A stretch of 64,000 nt of DNA, taken from positions 138,944,001 to 139,008,000 of the forward strand of contig NC_058368.1 of NCBI RefSeq assembly GCF_018350175.1, in the 5' to 3' direction. The position numbers and the translations under genes are program-made. Source of the stretch: Felis catus. Taxonomy: Eukaryota. Positions 1 to 13,362 of this stretch are shown one piece after another; within the stretch, counting starts at the first letter, position 1; each line of letters starts with the position of its first letter. Below the pieces are notes generated by a model, which was not told the origin of the DNA, made no database searches, and was given only the letters and a program-made list of their open reading frames with translations.

Positions 1-992
1 GACGAGGTATTGAATTTGACTGTCTCAGTGAGTATAAAGCAGGGATCTAAAAACACTTGGCAATCGTCCTACTTTGGAGTGTAGCTCTAAGGCTGAGTGA
101 GTCTATAACCATCGTAAAGAATTTATTATTATGGATCTCTATTAGCAGTACTATAATTTGCTGATTGTAATGGAGCTCATAATGATATAGAGAAATATAT
201 CAGCAGGCACAGAAGCTCCGAAAAGCTCTATTATCATTGTCTTGAAGAATTATCTACCCACGGCGCACCCTGCCTTCTCTCAACCCTACTGGAATCTTTT
301 TAACAAGCATAAAACTGCCCAGCAGTTAATTTTTATCTTACCGTATTCTGTGGGTTAGCTTTGTCCTAAAGAGATTATAAAACCTTTGGAAATAAGGCTT
401 ATGTTTGATCCTTGTCCTGAAACTCTGCAGTATGAGCTCTAGGACAGGTCATGTAAGTTCTCATTAGCACTTTTTGAATAGCAAAAATGATTCCCTTTAT
501 CATATAAGTGAATACGTGCATAAAGATGGCTTCTGACTTCATGAGATTGAAAAGTTGAAAAAATACCAAGTTCCATACCTTTCATTTTTATGTCTCTGGA
601 AAAGAAACTGCTCCAAACCCTCCCAAAGCCCTGAATTCAGTCCCAACACTCCCCGTGTACTTAATAAATTCCCCCAAGATCTCTCTGCTCCCCACTCCTG
701 CTCTCAGGGGTTGATGCTGAGCGCGATCTGCCTCTTTTCAACTCACCCACGTTTTCCTGGCCATGGTCCCCTCCAGCCTCCTCACTCTCATAGATGAACC
801 TCTGAAAAATGCCACACGTATCACAGCCAGTAGACCCAATTGGCATGATGTCCTCCACACGCGCATTTCCACGTGCTGCCATACTGGCTCTGTGGTCTCA
901 CTCCTCTTGTCTGTTGCTAAAGGGAAGGAGGTATTTGAATTTACTGGGCACCTGCTCTAGGTCAGGGACTTTTCTACTGGTTGCCTTACAAT

Positions 993-995
993 GTC

Positions 996-1030
<35 letters not shown>
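993..1030 (+). repeat. (GT)n microsatellite
   Basis: Direct inspection. Confidence 0.95.
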
Positions 1031-1032
<2 letters not shown>

Positions 1033-2369
1033 TTCTTCCCAAATCTTTCTCCCTCCCTCTCTTCCTTGCCCATCCCTCCTCTCTCCTAGAGGTAGGCTTG
1101 GGAAAGCGATATACTGGTAAATGTGTACCAGCCAGTCTGGTGGACGGAGCCCTGGTTTGCGCATTGGCAATTGTCATGGTGTAATGAGTACCCCTATGGC
1201 TGACTGTAAGTTATGAATGTGGCATCACTGAATGTGGAGGTGGGAACACATGTACACGATCTGCTCCAGAGAGCAGGATGGAGCAGGCTCTGGTTTGGGG
1301 TTTGGGGTAAGAAGAGGTAGCTCTGTAGCTCAAAACTCTCTTTCCCAAATTTGGTGTGAAACCAGCTCGTAAAGACTAAGCACAAGCTTTTTTTTTTCTT
1401 CTTCTTTTTTTTTTTTTTTTTTTTGGCATTCCAGTTCTAACATCTGACTCGGTTCCCCTGTTACGCGCAAACGTCTAAGTATTCACCCCGAAGGGCAGCA
1501 GAATATGCCACTACAAAATATGCCATCCTCCGCTCAAGTTTTGTTATCGAGCAAGGGCTACCTTCCCTTGCAAAAAGGATTTTTCTCCAGTTTCTTCAAT
1601 ACAGAGCACGCATGGCAGTTTTAATGAAAGGCACTTAATAAAAAATAAATAATACCTTAAGACCATTCATGCATATGACTTCCTGACATTGCTAGAGGTG
1701 CCAGCTAGCCCATGAGCTAATGATCCTGTAAATTTCCTTTCCTCTCCCAGTGTGGAGGTGAGATCTAATTTGAAAGATTAAAATCTTTGCATGATTACAG
1801 TATATGGTAATTGTTAAGCTCTGTAGTTACATGCTCAATAGCTACTAAGTGCAAAGAATTACAGGTGATTTGCGCTTGTAAGATAAATTCCAAGAATTTT
1901 GCTTTTACAAAAAGGCATGGAAGTAGAGGCTGCAAACAACAGATATGCTAAGTGGAGCAATTTATCTTGAACTCCAGGAAAGAGGGACTTAGAGGGTCTC
2001 TGGATTCACAACTCGCCTTACCACACTACATTTCTCCAGTTGTGCTAAACTTTATTTACATAAAAGTCGTGCTCAAGTGGGTAAACGTATCTAAGGAGTA
2101 GATAGCCTAAATTTTGGAGGAGTACCAAATGCCTGCTCCTCTCACAGTGGAGGAACCAGACAAACTGTGTTCATCGCTTTCAGAGACAAAAGCCAAGGCC
2201 AATCTTCTTGAATTCAATACTAGAGCCATGATAGGATATTATTTATGTATATGTTTATACTTGCTTTAAAAAAATAGTAAGGCTTTTAGTATTTATGCCT
2301 CCAACTCCACCACTGTTTGGTTCTGTGCCAACCATTCTTTCTCTACCTTAGTAGACCACACCGGAAAAT

Positions 2370-2700
2370 GCATTCATTAAACTAATATTTATTCAGCACC
2401 CAGTGCATACCAGGCTCCTGTTCTTGGCATCGGGGACATGATGATAAACAGAATAGATAAGGTTTCTGCTCTCATGGACTCAGAGTCCAGCAGGAAAGAA
2501 GGATTTACTAATACTTACAAGCACTCCTTGTAAGTTCTAGGAAAGGGAGGGTGGTGTGCTATGAAGCATACGGTGTCTCTCCCGGGTTTTGGCACCAAGG
2601 AAGGCATCTATGAAGAAGCGATGCTAAATTTGAGACCTTAAGGACGAGGAGTATGATCAGCTCAGAAAAGGGGGAAAGAGCAAAGCCAGTCTTTTCTCCA
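2370..2700 (-). mobile_element. LINE-2 3' fragment
   Basis: cattcatt...atatttattcagcacc...ccaggc...ctgctctcatgga. Confidence 0.55.
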
Positions 2701-3363
2701 GCAAACAATGCAAAAGGAGTTTCCAGAGCTATTAATGCCTTTCTTCGAAGCGCCCCTCTCCCTCCAAGCCATCAAGATCCCCAGCCCCGTTTGCTTGTTG
2801 TAGCTAAGACATTTTTAGTTTTCTAGTTATAACTCCTGGTGTTACTGGGGGCGGCAGGCATAATTCTAAAAGAACAAGAAATAGCAGACCTGGTGACCCT
2901 GGGCCTTTCTGTAGACAGGCAATAGTGAGTCACTAGAAACTAAAACGCAGAATGGCTTAGGAGTGGCTTGTTCTAGCATTCATTCTGCGGAAGTATCCAG
3001 GAGTCTGGCTTCCCCAGTAATGAGAAGGGGACGCGCGGGCAGGCCAGAGAAGGGGGGCGGGGTGTGCGAACAGGACAGAGTCAGAGTGAGCTCACACAGC
3101 ACAGGTTCATAGAATGGTGGTTCCCAGAACCGTTTCAGCTAGTCCTGTCCTTGGAAGTTCATGTATGCAGATAATAGCTAGATAATTGGCACTTTTATGT
3201 CTCATGTTTTAGATTCATGACACAGCTTAAACCATGTCACCATCCAGAATTTTTTGAAAACTCACCTGGTAAGATTTGCCATCTGACACCCTAACTACTT
3301 CTCTTAGCGTATAATTGTAACACGTTATTAAGTTTTTAAATTTATGATTTTTGAAGTAGGGGG

Positions 3364-3581
3364 TTTTTTTTTAATGTTTATTTTTGAGACAGAGACAGAG
3401 ACAGAGCAAATGAGCGTGAGCAGGGGAGGGGCAGAGACAGAGGGAGACACAGAATCCGAAGCAGGCTCCAGGCTCCGAGCTGTCAGCACAGAGCCTGACC
3501 TGGGGCCCGAACTCACGAACCACGACATCATGACCCGAGCGGAAGTCAGACGCTTAACCAACTGAGCCACCCAGATGCCCC
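3364..3581 (-). mobile_element. Carnivore SINE (SINEC)
   Basis: Reverse of tRNA-like head GGGGCATCTGGGTGGCTCAG, (CT)n and A-rich tail. Confidence 0.95.
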
Positions 3582-3799
3582 AGTTTGGTTCTTGTTGTTG
3601 TTGTTTTCAAAAGACGCTTGGAAAAGTAGGAAACAAGGAAACACATGATACATGGGCTCCATCATCATCCAAAAAAAACCAGAGTTTCTATTTGGATTTA
3701 TTTATTTTCAGCCATTTGTCTTATCCGTCATCTTTGAGTTTCGCTGCTTCTTCTTAATGTAACTAACACTCCATGTATGACTCTGAGAACTGTGTTCTT

Positions 3800-3980
3800 T
3801 TTATTTCTTTACTGAAGTACTGTTGACACACAATGTTACCTTACTGTCGGGTGCACAACCCAGTGATTCGACGTCTCTGTACATTGTGCTCTGCTCTCCC
3901 CCGGTAGAGCTACTGTCTGTCGTCACCCATGATCACAGCCCTGCTGACTGTGTTCCCTACGATATACCCTTCATCCCCGT
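3800..3980 (-). mobile_element. Old L1 (L1MA-type) 3' fragment
   Basis: tgaagta..gttgacacacaatgtta...gtgcacaac..agtgattcgac resembles an L1MA9-like 3' end. Confidence 0.55.
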
Positions 3981-4229
3981 GAGAGCTGTTTTATTTTTCC
4001 TTAGCATCCTACCATAAACATCTTCTTTATGACGTATCTTTTGTAAACATTCCATTTAATGGCTGTGCAGCATTCCATCAAGTTGATAGGCCATTGTTCA
4101 CTGTCCAGCAGTCTGTCACTGGACAATCGGGGCTTGGGGAGCGTTCGTTGTAACCTGAATCTTTCTCACTAAGTCCTTCCAGAGTAAGGACGCTTGGATG
4201 TGGCATAACTGGGTCCAAGGTATCAGCCT

Positions 4230-4450
4230 TTTTTTCTTTTTTTTTTTTTAACGTATATTTATTTTTGAGACAGGGAGAGACAGAGCATGAACAGGGGAGG
4301 GTCAGAGAGGGGGAGACACAGAATCTGAAACAGGCTCCAGGCTCTGAGCGGTCAGCACAGAGCCCGACGCGGAGCTCGAACTCACGGACCACGAGATCAT
4401 GACCTGAGCCGAAGTCGGCCGCTTAACCGACTGAGCCACCCAGGCGCCCC
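4230..4450 (-). mobile_element. SINEC
   Basis: Full-length consensus match. Confidence 0.95.
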
Positions 4451-4451
4451 C

Positions 4452-4582
4452 TTTGTTTTTTTAAGTAGGCTTCACACCCAGCACAGAGCCCAGTACAGCG
4501 CTTTGAGGTCACAACACTGAGATCAAGACGTGAGCTGGGTGCAGGGTCGGACACTTAACCAACTCAGCCACCCAAGCACCCC
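4452..4582 (-). mobile_element. Short/older SINEC
   Basis: Head plus AAGCCTACTTAAAAAA end; shares the flanking repeat tcagcctttt with the adjacent SINE. Confidence 0.8.
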
Positions 4583-4774
4583 AAAGGCTTCAGCCTTTTA
4601 AGGATCCTGAAATGGATAGTCTAGATTGTGTCTTGAAATATTGTGTCAAGTTATGCTGCCATTGACAATGTATGAAAGTACTTGTTCTATCATAGTTTTG
4701 TCAGTTCTCTCTTTCTCTCTGTCTTAACTTTTACTAATTTGTTAGGCAAAAAAAAAAAAAAAAAAAAAAGAAAT

Positions 4775-4975
4775 TAGGTTTATTTATTTATTTTGATTGC
4801 GCGCAAGAGAGAAAGAGAAAGCAGGGGAGGGGCAGAGAGAGAGGGAGAGAGTCCCAATCAGGCTCTGTGCTGTCAGCGCGGAGCCCCGCATGGAGCTTGA
4901 ACCCAGACTGTGAGATCATGACCTGAGCTGAAATTGAGAGTCAGATGCGTAACTGACTGAGCCACCCAGGCGCCC
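4775..4975 (-). mobile_element. SINEC
   Basis: Consensus match. Confidence 0.9.
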
Positions 4976-5889
4976 TCCCATGTTTTTTATTAGTTTTATT
5001 TTCTCTTTGATAGACTGTCTATTCATGTTCTTTGTCCATTTTCAATTACCTGTGTTTTATGCTTTTGAGGAAAAAAATCACTCAGTGTTTGCCTTAAAAT
5101 TTTAAGCGTAATAATCTTTTCTTTTTTTTTCTTTTTTTTTTTTTGCTGTTAATTCTGAACCATAATACATAATATGATTTCATTTGAGACGCTATTTAAA
5201 CACAGCTCCTTTTTATTTCAGATTAACTCAACTACTCTGAGACACACTATACAATGTACATTTTACTAGGCTTATGCCTTTTCTATATTCTTACAGCTTG
5301 CCTTCTCACCTTTAAAAAATACACGTATGTGTATAAGTGAATATATATTTTTATACTCATGTACAATGTGCAGGCAGAAAAAGGGGTAAAGTTTAATTCA
5401 CTCTTTTGTTTTAGTCACCAGTTCAGTAAAATATTTAAGTTACAGGTACCAATTATGCATGATATCCTTATCCTTAGAAACAGAAAATCGAGAATTGAAT
5501 GTAAAATAAAAATACTAGGTAATGAGAGACTTTTATTTAAAAAAGAAAAGCAAGCATGTAATTTTTAAAAAATAACAATTTGGAAGGTTGTGTATTGATT
5601 TCACGGAGAATATCTTTTTAGAAATCTTCACTTGTAATTGCCTTTGGAATTAGTTTCTGAGTCTCCTTCATTTTATCATCAATGAGATCACCCAGGTTGA
5701 TTATAACTCTTATTGACCTATTTTGATTTAATCTACTTTGAGAGGGTTGCAATGGTAAAGTTTCGCCCATCTCAAGGACTACAGGATTGCCATGATGCAT
5801 CTGTCCATTTCAGCCCATGTCCCCAAGAATCTAAGAACTTGAGGTCCAAATACTCAGAATTGCTTGTATTACTTTAAAAAAAAAAAACT

Positions 5890-6118
5890 GGGGCGCCTGG
5901 GTGGCGCAGTCGGTTAAGCGTCCGACTTCAGCCAGGTCACGATCTCGCGGTCCGTGAGTTCGAGCCCCACGTCAGGCTCTGGGCTGATGGCTCGGAGCCT
6001 GGAGCCTGTTTCCGATTCTGTGTCTCCCTCTCTCTCTGCCCCTCCCCCGTTCATGCTCTGTCTCTCTCTGTCCCAAAAGTAAATAAAAAACGTTGAAAAA
6101 AAAATTAAAAAAAAAAAA
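5890..6118 (+). mobile_element. Young felid SINE (SINEC_Fc type)
   Basis: ggggcgcctgggtggcgcagtcggttaagcgtccgacttcagccagg; A-rich TSD ending in ct. Confidence 0.95.
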
Positions 6119-7584
6119 CTAAGATAAGTTGCATAAAACCAAAATAAAACTGAAATTAGGCTGCATCATATCAGAGTTAACAAGGATTTGCTACAATTAA
6201 CTGCATGCACACAATTTTCAGCACTACTCTTTCTAATGAAATGTGAACTATTCAAGTCCACGAAGGTGTAATACCACGATTTAGAAAATTATCACACTGT
6301 AGTCCTTTGAGTGTAGAACGGCACTTAGGTCAATATGCATTTGTTCAGAAATTCCTAAGATACTCACATTTTGAGGTAGAATCAGCAGCATGATTGATTA
6401 TTCATTTAAAAAACACTCCTGGGCCTCTCGGCAGCAATGAACTAATGTCTCGGGAAGATCAATAATTTCTTCTCTCACGAGAAGAAACCCAGCACATCAG
6501 AAAAGTCATCAGCAAAATTATCAAAAGATATGTGCCAGCTGTTTCCAACAGCCCACCGAAGAGGGGACAGAAGGAAATAATAAATGTTTGCCACATGTTG
6601 AGAGAGGAGTGGTAATGGAAAATATTCATAAACAAATGACTAACACTTGTCTGTATGTTATTCAGGTGCACGGATAAAACACGTCCATCTCCTTAGCGTG
6701 GACTCTTGTGGATGCAAATTACTCTAAGTCTTGGGCAGTCATTTCCAGACTGTTGTAATTCTTCATACAGACTGAACCATCACTAGCATCAGCAGTTTTG
6801 CTGCTTTACAATTAAATCCTAACATCTGAATTAGCATAAAACATCCCTTGCAAGATAATTCGTAGCCAAGACTTTCCTTTTCGATTTCCCGGTTGGTGTG
6901 GCTGCCTGTTCTATTTCAAATCAGCTGGGAAATCTTTCTCCTTATCTCAAATTCCATTTCCTTGGTCCTCGTCCTACCATTCTTCTCAATTTCCCTTGGG
7001 CGGGCTACTCTTGTTGTGTTTGCTGGGGCCAACTGTTTGAAGTAGGAAGAAAGGAGCACAGAGTCTGCCCCACTAAGGGTCAAATCAAGGTTGTGAGAAA
7101 ACAACCATTTCCCTGGCTTGTATGTAAGCAGGTATGATAGATTACATCCCCCCCCCCCCATGAATCTGCGGTCTTCTCCTAAAATTCAGCTTTGCCAAAG
7201 CAAGAAGCCACTGAGGAAACGCAGTGGGCAGTGAAAGTCTGACTAAGTAAAGGAAACAAACCCAGGATGCCCACAACCCTTCCCGGATGCTGATCAGTCA
7301 GTTCTAGATAAACTAGATTGTGGCTTTGACGATCAAACACTGGAGGGTGACCTCCCAGGATTTATGGGAGAGCCAGGGGACCAGCACTCAAGGCCATGGG
7401 ATCCCACGTGTGACTTCGCTCTTGACCATGTGTGCACATAGCTGTGCAGTCTCTTTAATTTGGACTGCTTTGTTGAAATCGGGACCTAACAGAGCTTGCC
7501 AGATCTCTTGCTTTAAGACATCTTTAAAACACCTAAACAGAAGGGAAGACCATTCTGTTTGGGCTAGAAGCAGAGGAGTAACTA

Positions 7585-8110
7585 ACTGAGTTCTCAGAGG
7601 AAGGGATATTACTCCTTGGAGAAATAGGAAAATTTGTGAGACTATTTTGGATTGTCACATGGGTTGGGAGGCACCATTAGCATTTAGTGTGTGTGGCTAG
7701 AGGTGGTAAACACTCGACCAAGTGTGGGATCTGGTCCCCATGGCGAGGAATTTTCCCATATCCATCCCAAACTTCAAATGAAAATATCTGCTTATGTAAG
7801 TGGAAAACGTGATAAAATTAGCTGCACCTCATATCTAACTCCATTTAACATCTATAACAAAATATTTTTTCACAGATTTAATATACATTGAATTTTCCAA
7901 GAATGCAACCTCTGTGTGCAGATACTTGCTCTGTGTGGAATTTTACCAAGAACTGATCATCTTTTCAGTAAACGTCTGACATTTACATCCAATGACAATG
8001 TATCAGTTTGCATATGTAACTGTCACATTTGAGTATAGATACACATACCCTTACCTAGCCCTTATTTCAAAATGCGCAATATAAAGTGTTGACAACATTC
8101 AGTTGAGTAT
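7585..8110. mobile_element. MER20/MER20B-like hAT element
   Basis: gttctcag...ttttggattgtcacat...gcaccattagcatttagtg...tacattgaattttccaagaatgcaac. Confidence 0.5.
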
Positions 8111-8199
8111 TACCTTCTCTTAAGCCCCAACTACTTGGTTACAAATAGTTGTATCAAACCACTTCATAATACCTTTCAGTTTAGTCCTGCCGGAAATAC

Positions 8200-8680
8200 A
8201 CATGCTTTTATTATGAATTACTTTCCTATTATATTTCCTTTCTATTACAGTTTGTGCTGGGCCCTGGGGCCCCTTCCTAGGTCCCCGCATCAGGGCTCCC
8301 ACAGCTGCTCCAGCTGTGACCGCTGGCGGCCCATAGCTGAGTGCCACCGCCCTTCCCAGCCACCGCTCTGGTCTCCGGGTTGCTGACTGCTCTCTGGGAG
8401 CCACCCGCACCCATTGACTGTCACTGAAGGGAGGTGGGTGGTGGGAAGGCACTGGCTGGGCACAATTCTTCAGGATCACCCCAGCTCCAGAGCTCCCTGT
8501 GAGATCTGCTGAGTCACTTGGGAGACTGCCTCAAAGCACAGCCCAACCTCTGCCTCAGCCCAGTCCTGCTTCCCTCCCTCTCCTTCTCGCATTGATCCTG
8601 AGAGTACGTCTGATATACTTCTTGCCTCCTAATGCCGTCTCAGGTTCTATTTCCCCCGGGGGGAACCTGACACAGAACAC
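8200..8680 (+). mobile_element. Old ERVL (LTR16-like) solo LTR
   Basis: 3' end cctgagag...gtctcaggttctatttcc...gggaacctgacacagaaca. Confidence 0.45.
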
Positions 8681-9289
8681 TGTAACGGTTATTGGCCCCT
8701 GGGCGGTAGGTCATCTGGCAATTTAAATTTAGGAGAGTCAAGAGGAAAATGATACAATATTTATAATTTTTTAAAAAAGGGTGGGGGGCACTGCCGGTGG
8801 TTGGACTCTCGCCTGGAGGGCAGAGACACTGCTTGCTCGACGGCTACCAGTACGGAAGACGCAGAATGACACCTCGTGTGACTGTTTCTCACACGTGTGA
8901 ATAAAATACTGGTCCTGTATACAGCATCCCTGCTCATCAGTCCTTTCTGCCACTTTGTCCTCCCGCCACACCATGCCATACCAGGTGTCCCTCGGTAAAC
9001 ACTCGCGAAATGTGAGACACAGACAGAACCCCGCTGTCCTGATGCCTCACCTCCAAATGGCTATGTGCATCTTTAGCTCTGAGATGCACCAGCTGCCCAG
9101 AAAGACAACAAGCTGGGTCCATAGCCCCGGGCATTTTCTCCTTTGAGATTTTTTTTTTTTTTTAGAGGAAATATGGTTTTAATTCTTAATATCATGATAT
9201 CGTAGTTCTCCTTAACTGTCAACTGAAAAAGATTCACACAGCCCGAGTAGAGCTGGAGGGTGCGGGAGGCAGGTGGGGGTGGTGGTGGT

Positions 9290-9347
9290 GAGAGAGAGTG
9301 AGAGAGACATAGGGAGAGAGAGAGAGAGAGCGCGCGCACGCGCGTGC
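9290..9347 (+). repeat. (GA)n followed by alternating purine-pyrimidine (CG)-rich tract
   Basis: gagagagagagagagcgcgcgcacgcgcgtgc. Confidence 0.85.
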
Positions 9348-10089
9348 TTTTGTTGGCCTGAAGGACTACAGAAGAGGACAATCCGAAGGCAAGACCAGTG
9401 AGCATTACTTTGTCCCTCAGATCTAACCGTCTGGCCAGGCTGCCCCGAACTAGTGATTCAAAATCCTCTGAAGGTACTTAGTCCTCCCATATGCCAGGAA
9501 AGTGGTGTTTTTTTACACTCAGTAAAGCCAGCATGAGGATTAGCTACCTGGTTCTTGACTCCATTCAAATCCATTGCTGATATAGCACTTCAGCGTGCCT
9601 CAGGGTCATCACCTATCTCAGTCAATGGACACTGGTCATTACAGACCAGCGTAATGACCTGTGAGTTTGAACTCAGCGCCTCGGTGCCGGTATGCTTGCT
9701 GCCCCCAGGCCTTCAAGGCTGTCTGTCTAGCCATTCAGCAGCCCTTCCTTCACTCCTTCACCGGTAATACCGGGATGCAGGTCAGAGTTTCCACCTCTGG
9801 TTCCTCCTAGGGGTGTGGTCATAATTAAAGCAATGATGTTTCCCAAGCATGGAGACATTCCAGATTAAAGACACCACATAATTGAACACATTCTGCAGCT
9901 AGTGACATGGGTTGGTGTCATTGCAAGCTAGGAAAATAAGATTAAGTCAGGTGTCCCTGCTATGGCATCCATGATACTTTTCCTACTCTCATGATTTAGG
10001 GACGCCCTGCTGCAATTAAAATTTAAAAACAAAACAAAACAAAAAGCTCTAGGCCCCAAGAAAGAAGACATCAGTTTAAGAAAGAAAGG

Positions 10090-10310
10090 GGTTTTTTTGT
10101 TTTGCTTTGTTTTGTTTTGTTTTTTGAGAAAGAAAGAGACAGCACATGAGCGGGGAGGGGCAGAGAGAGAAGAAGACACAGAATTTGAAGCAGGCTCCAG
10201 ACTCTGAGCTGTCAGCACAGAGCCCAATGCAGGGCTCGAACCCACAAGCCACAAGATCATGACCTGAGCTGAAGTCAGATGCTTGACCGACTGAGCCACC
10301 CAGGCACCCC
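10090..10310 (-). mobile_element. SINEC
   Basis: TSD aagaaagaaagg. Confidence 0.95.
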
Positions 10311-12421
10311 AAGAAAGAAAGGTTTTTATTCATTCACCTTCCATTTCCTCAGTAAACAAGGGTGTACATTTTTATTGCAGTCACTTCATTCAAAGCTAAA
10401 AATAGAGTTAAAAAATCAATGGCACCTCTATTTGTTCATCATGTCACTGTTTTTAATAAAAAAAATTCATGTTGCTGTTAAAGGCAGGAAGATAGGTAAG
10501 GTCTACCGGTTAACCTGGGCAAATGCTTTGCACGTCCATTTTCTTCTCTCCCACGTATCATTGCCATACTGTTCTGCTGTGCACCTGCTCCGCTGCTCAA
10601 CGCATCGGTTCTTGACTGAACATCTTACAGCCGTGGCAGCGGCGATGGACAGAGGTCCTGGCACATCACTGTGAGAGGCTGAACAGCGCCAAGGCCACCA
10701 ACCACAACGGCGGTATCACATGCATCGCAAAGGCATCAACTAAAGCGGTTTGGAGGTCTGAGCACTTTGCCAACAGACTGCGCTTCTGAAAAATAAACTT
10801 TATGACAGTTAGCGTTAGGAAGTTCCATCCAGAGCCAAGCCACTGAGAATATGTTTGCTGATTGCATCCATTCAAATATGTTTGGAACTCAGATCCAAAC
10901 TGGCAAAGGACCCAAAAAAGGCAGTTAGAAGTCAAGTACAAGTGTTTACTGGGCAGCTTGGATTGAGGAGGCCAAATAGAATGTGAAATAGAAAAAAAGG
11001 AAGAGTGTTTCCGGTTGGATATGTCTGCGGAGCGAGTAAGACAGGGTAGGCCAGAGGGCCTACTTATTCCTAATGTCCAGATATCCAACCCCCTTCCAGA
11101 GGAAAAGAGAACAAGTTTCGGAGAATATTTGCACAGGAAAAACTGAATGGTATACGAAGAGAAAAAATACAAGTTGCAGATTAATAAGGATAGTATGATT
11201 GCTCCGGCCTGCTCTGTCCCTACGCCAGATTCATCAGAAACCAGGCACGTGTGGTATTAGGGACCAACTATATCTGGGCCACCCCATTTTAGGGGCCAGC
11301 GTAAAACTGCACCCATCCAGGTTAACACCCTCTCCGTGGAAAGCGGGGTCTCAAATTTAAACAATTCTTGCTCATCAGCTTTTAAACATATGTCATTCTT
11401 ACAGGCTTTCAAAAATCTGTTACATAATAATTGGCTTCACTGAGAATCTATCCTGACACTTACTTTCCAAAATCTGGGCGGTTACTTCTGACAAGCACCC
11501 ACCTTTTCCTTTGGGCCTTTGGCGCATTTCTGGGGACTCTGCCATCACAGGTGCCACATAAAGCCCCAAACCTCACCTCAAAAAATATTTCTTCAAATTC
11601 CCTGGAAAATCATTCCCATCTGGAATTATGATTATCAAGTTAAATAGCAACTGGGTGTTTATTGCTATTGAAATCGATCTGGTTTTATGCACTGCGGTAT
11701 AAAGCGACTAGCCCGAGTTATTCAGATATTTTAATTCCGGTTAAAAAAAAAAAAAAAAAGAAGTTTGAAATTATTTTTATCAAGCTGAAACATGAAAGCT
11801 CTCCAGTCAACTTCTTCCGCATTTAAAACACTTCTTCATCATCTGTCATTCCTCCTTCAGCTAAATTCTAAGGATGAATTTGCAGCAAGGCGTGTGGCTG
11901 TCTGTGATTCTATTTTAGTTCTTCAGTAACACTTCAAGTGGGTGAAGGACAGCGCTCCGGGTAGGTTTAGCTTGTCTCCTGCTGTTAACATTTCAACAGA
12001 AGGGGCTCTTAGTGGGATCAGTTAATAACTCTCCAATTACAAATAACTTTATGACATAAAAAAGGAGGCCCCAAATGTTTCTTTCTTTCTTTTTTTTTTT
12101 TTTTTCCTGTGACTAATTTGGTTTCTTCTCCTTCCTTAAGACATTGAAGTGAATCACAGAGATGAGCTCAAGGCTGAAAACAATGTATCAGCTTTTTAAT
12201 GAGCTTTCATTGCCGCTGCAGAGAATTAAGCACAGGCCCAGAGTCCAGATTCAAGGTCAGCCTCAAGCCCTGGACTGATGATCCGCTCTGAGCCCATGAT
12301 ATCCTGAGAGCTTCGTCTCTGGGGTAAAGCACAGGTACAGAGGAAACGTGCATGGAGCGCTAAAAAGGAACTTTCGAGTTTTGGGTTAGGCCCCAGCTCA
12401 GATGACTTTTGGTCATTTCCT

Positions 12422-12503
12422 TTTTTTTTTTTTTAATTAAAAAAAAAATTGTAGTGTTTATTTCTTTTTGAGAGAGAGAGACAGTGTGTGCAGGGGAGGG
12501 GCA

Positions 12504-12544
<41 letters not shown>

Positions 12545-12585
12545 ACAGAATCCGAAGCAGGCTCCAAGCTGTAAGCCGTCAGACA
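12422..12585 (-). mobile_element. Truncated SINEC with (CA)n expansion
   Basis: Tail and 3' half present; head largely missing. Confidence 0.8.
12505..12547 (+). repeat. (CA)n microsatellite within a SINE
   Basis: Direct inspection. Confidence 0.95.
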
Positions 12586-12716
12586 CTTGCCGTGTGGCCA
12601 GGTTATGTAATAAACTGAAGATGACCAACGTGCGCTTCCTGCTCCTTCCAAAGCAGGGAGGTCCTTGCAAACGCGTTCAATCGATACACTTCTCTTGAGT
12701 GACATTATAGCCATCT

Positions 12717-12753
12717 GGGGGGGGGGGGGGGCGGGGGGAGGCGGGGGTGGTGG
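12717..12753 (+). repeat. Poly-G / G-rich tract
   Basis: Run of about 15 G, then cggggggaggcgggggtggtgg. Confidence 0.9.
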
Positions 12754-12877
12754 CAAATGGGAGAAGAAATAACTATGGAGCTCCGTGTGCTTGGCATCTA
12801 TTTAATAACAATACTCAAAGGCCCCCTTTGGAAAATCTCAAATAGATGCAATAGTCATACTTTAAAAAATGATCAGT

Positions 12878-13096
12878 GGGGCACCTGGGTGGCTCAGTCG
12901 GTTAAGCATCCGACTTCAGCCAGGTCACGATCTCGCGGTCCGTGAGTTCGAGCCCCGCGTCAGGCTCTGGGCTGATGGCTCAGAGCCCAGAGCCTGTTTC
13001 CGATTCTGTGTCTCTCTCTCTGCCCCTCCCCCGTTCATGCTCTGTCTCTCTCTGTCCCAAAAATAAATAAACGTTGAAAAAAAATTAAAAAAAAAA
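12878..13096 (+). mobile_element. Young felid SINE
   Basis: TSD aaaaatgatcag. Confidence 0.95.
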
Positions 13097-13157
13097 TGAT
13101 CAGAAAGTACGAGGCTATAGTGTTAGTATAGCACCGCATTATTTTAAAATGAGCATT

Positions 13158-13362
13158 AGGGGCATCTGGGTGGCTCAGTTAGTTGAGTGTCCAGCTCTTG
13201 ACTTTCAGCTCAGGTCATGATCCCGGGGTTGTGGGATCGGGCTCCGTGCTAGGCGTGGAGACTGCTTGGCATCCCCCCTCCCTCATCCCCCCGCCCTTTG
13301 CCCTTCTTCCCTGCTCGTGTTCTCTCTCTCTCACTCTAAAAAATAAAAATAAATAAAACAAA
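13158..13362 (+). mobile_element. Older SINEC
   Basis: Diverged consensus match. Confidence 0.85.

Noticed and set aside
5890..5975. tRNA-like A/B-box sequences at SINE heads
   Set aside because: tRNA-derived SINE promoters, not functional tRNA genes
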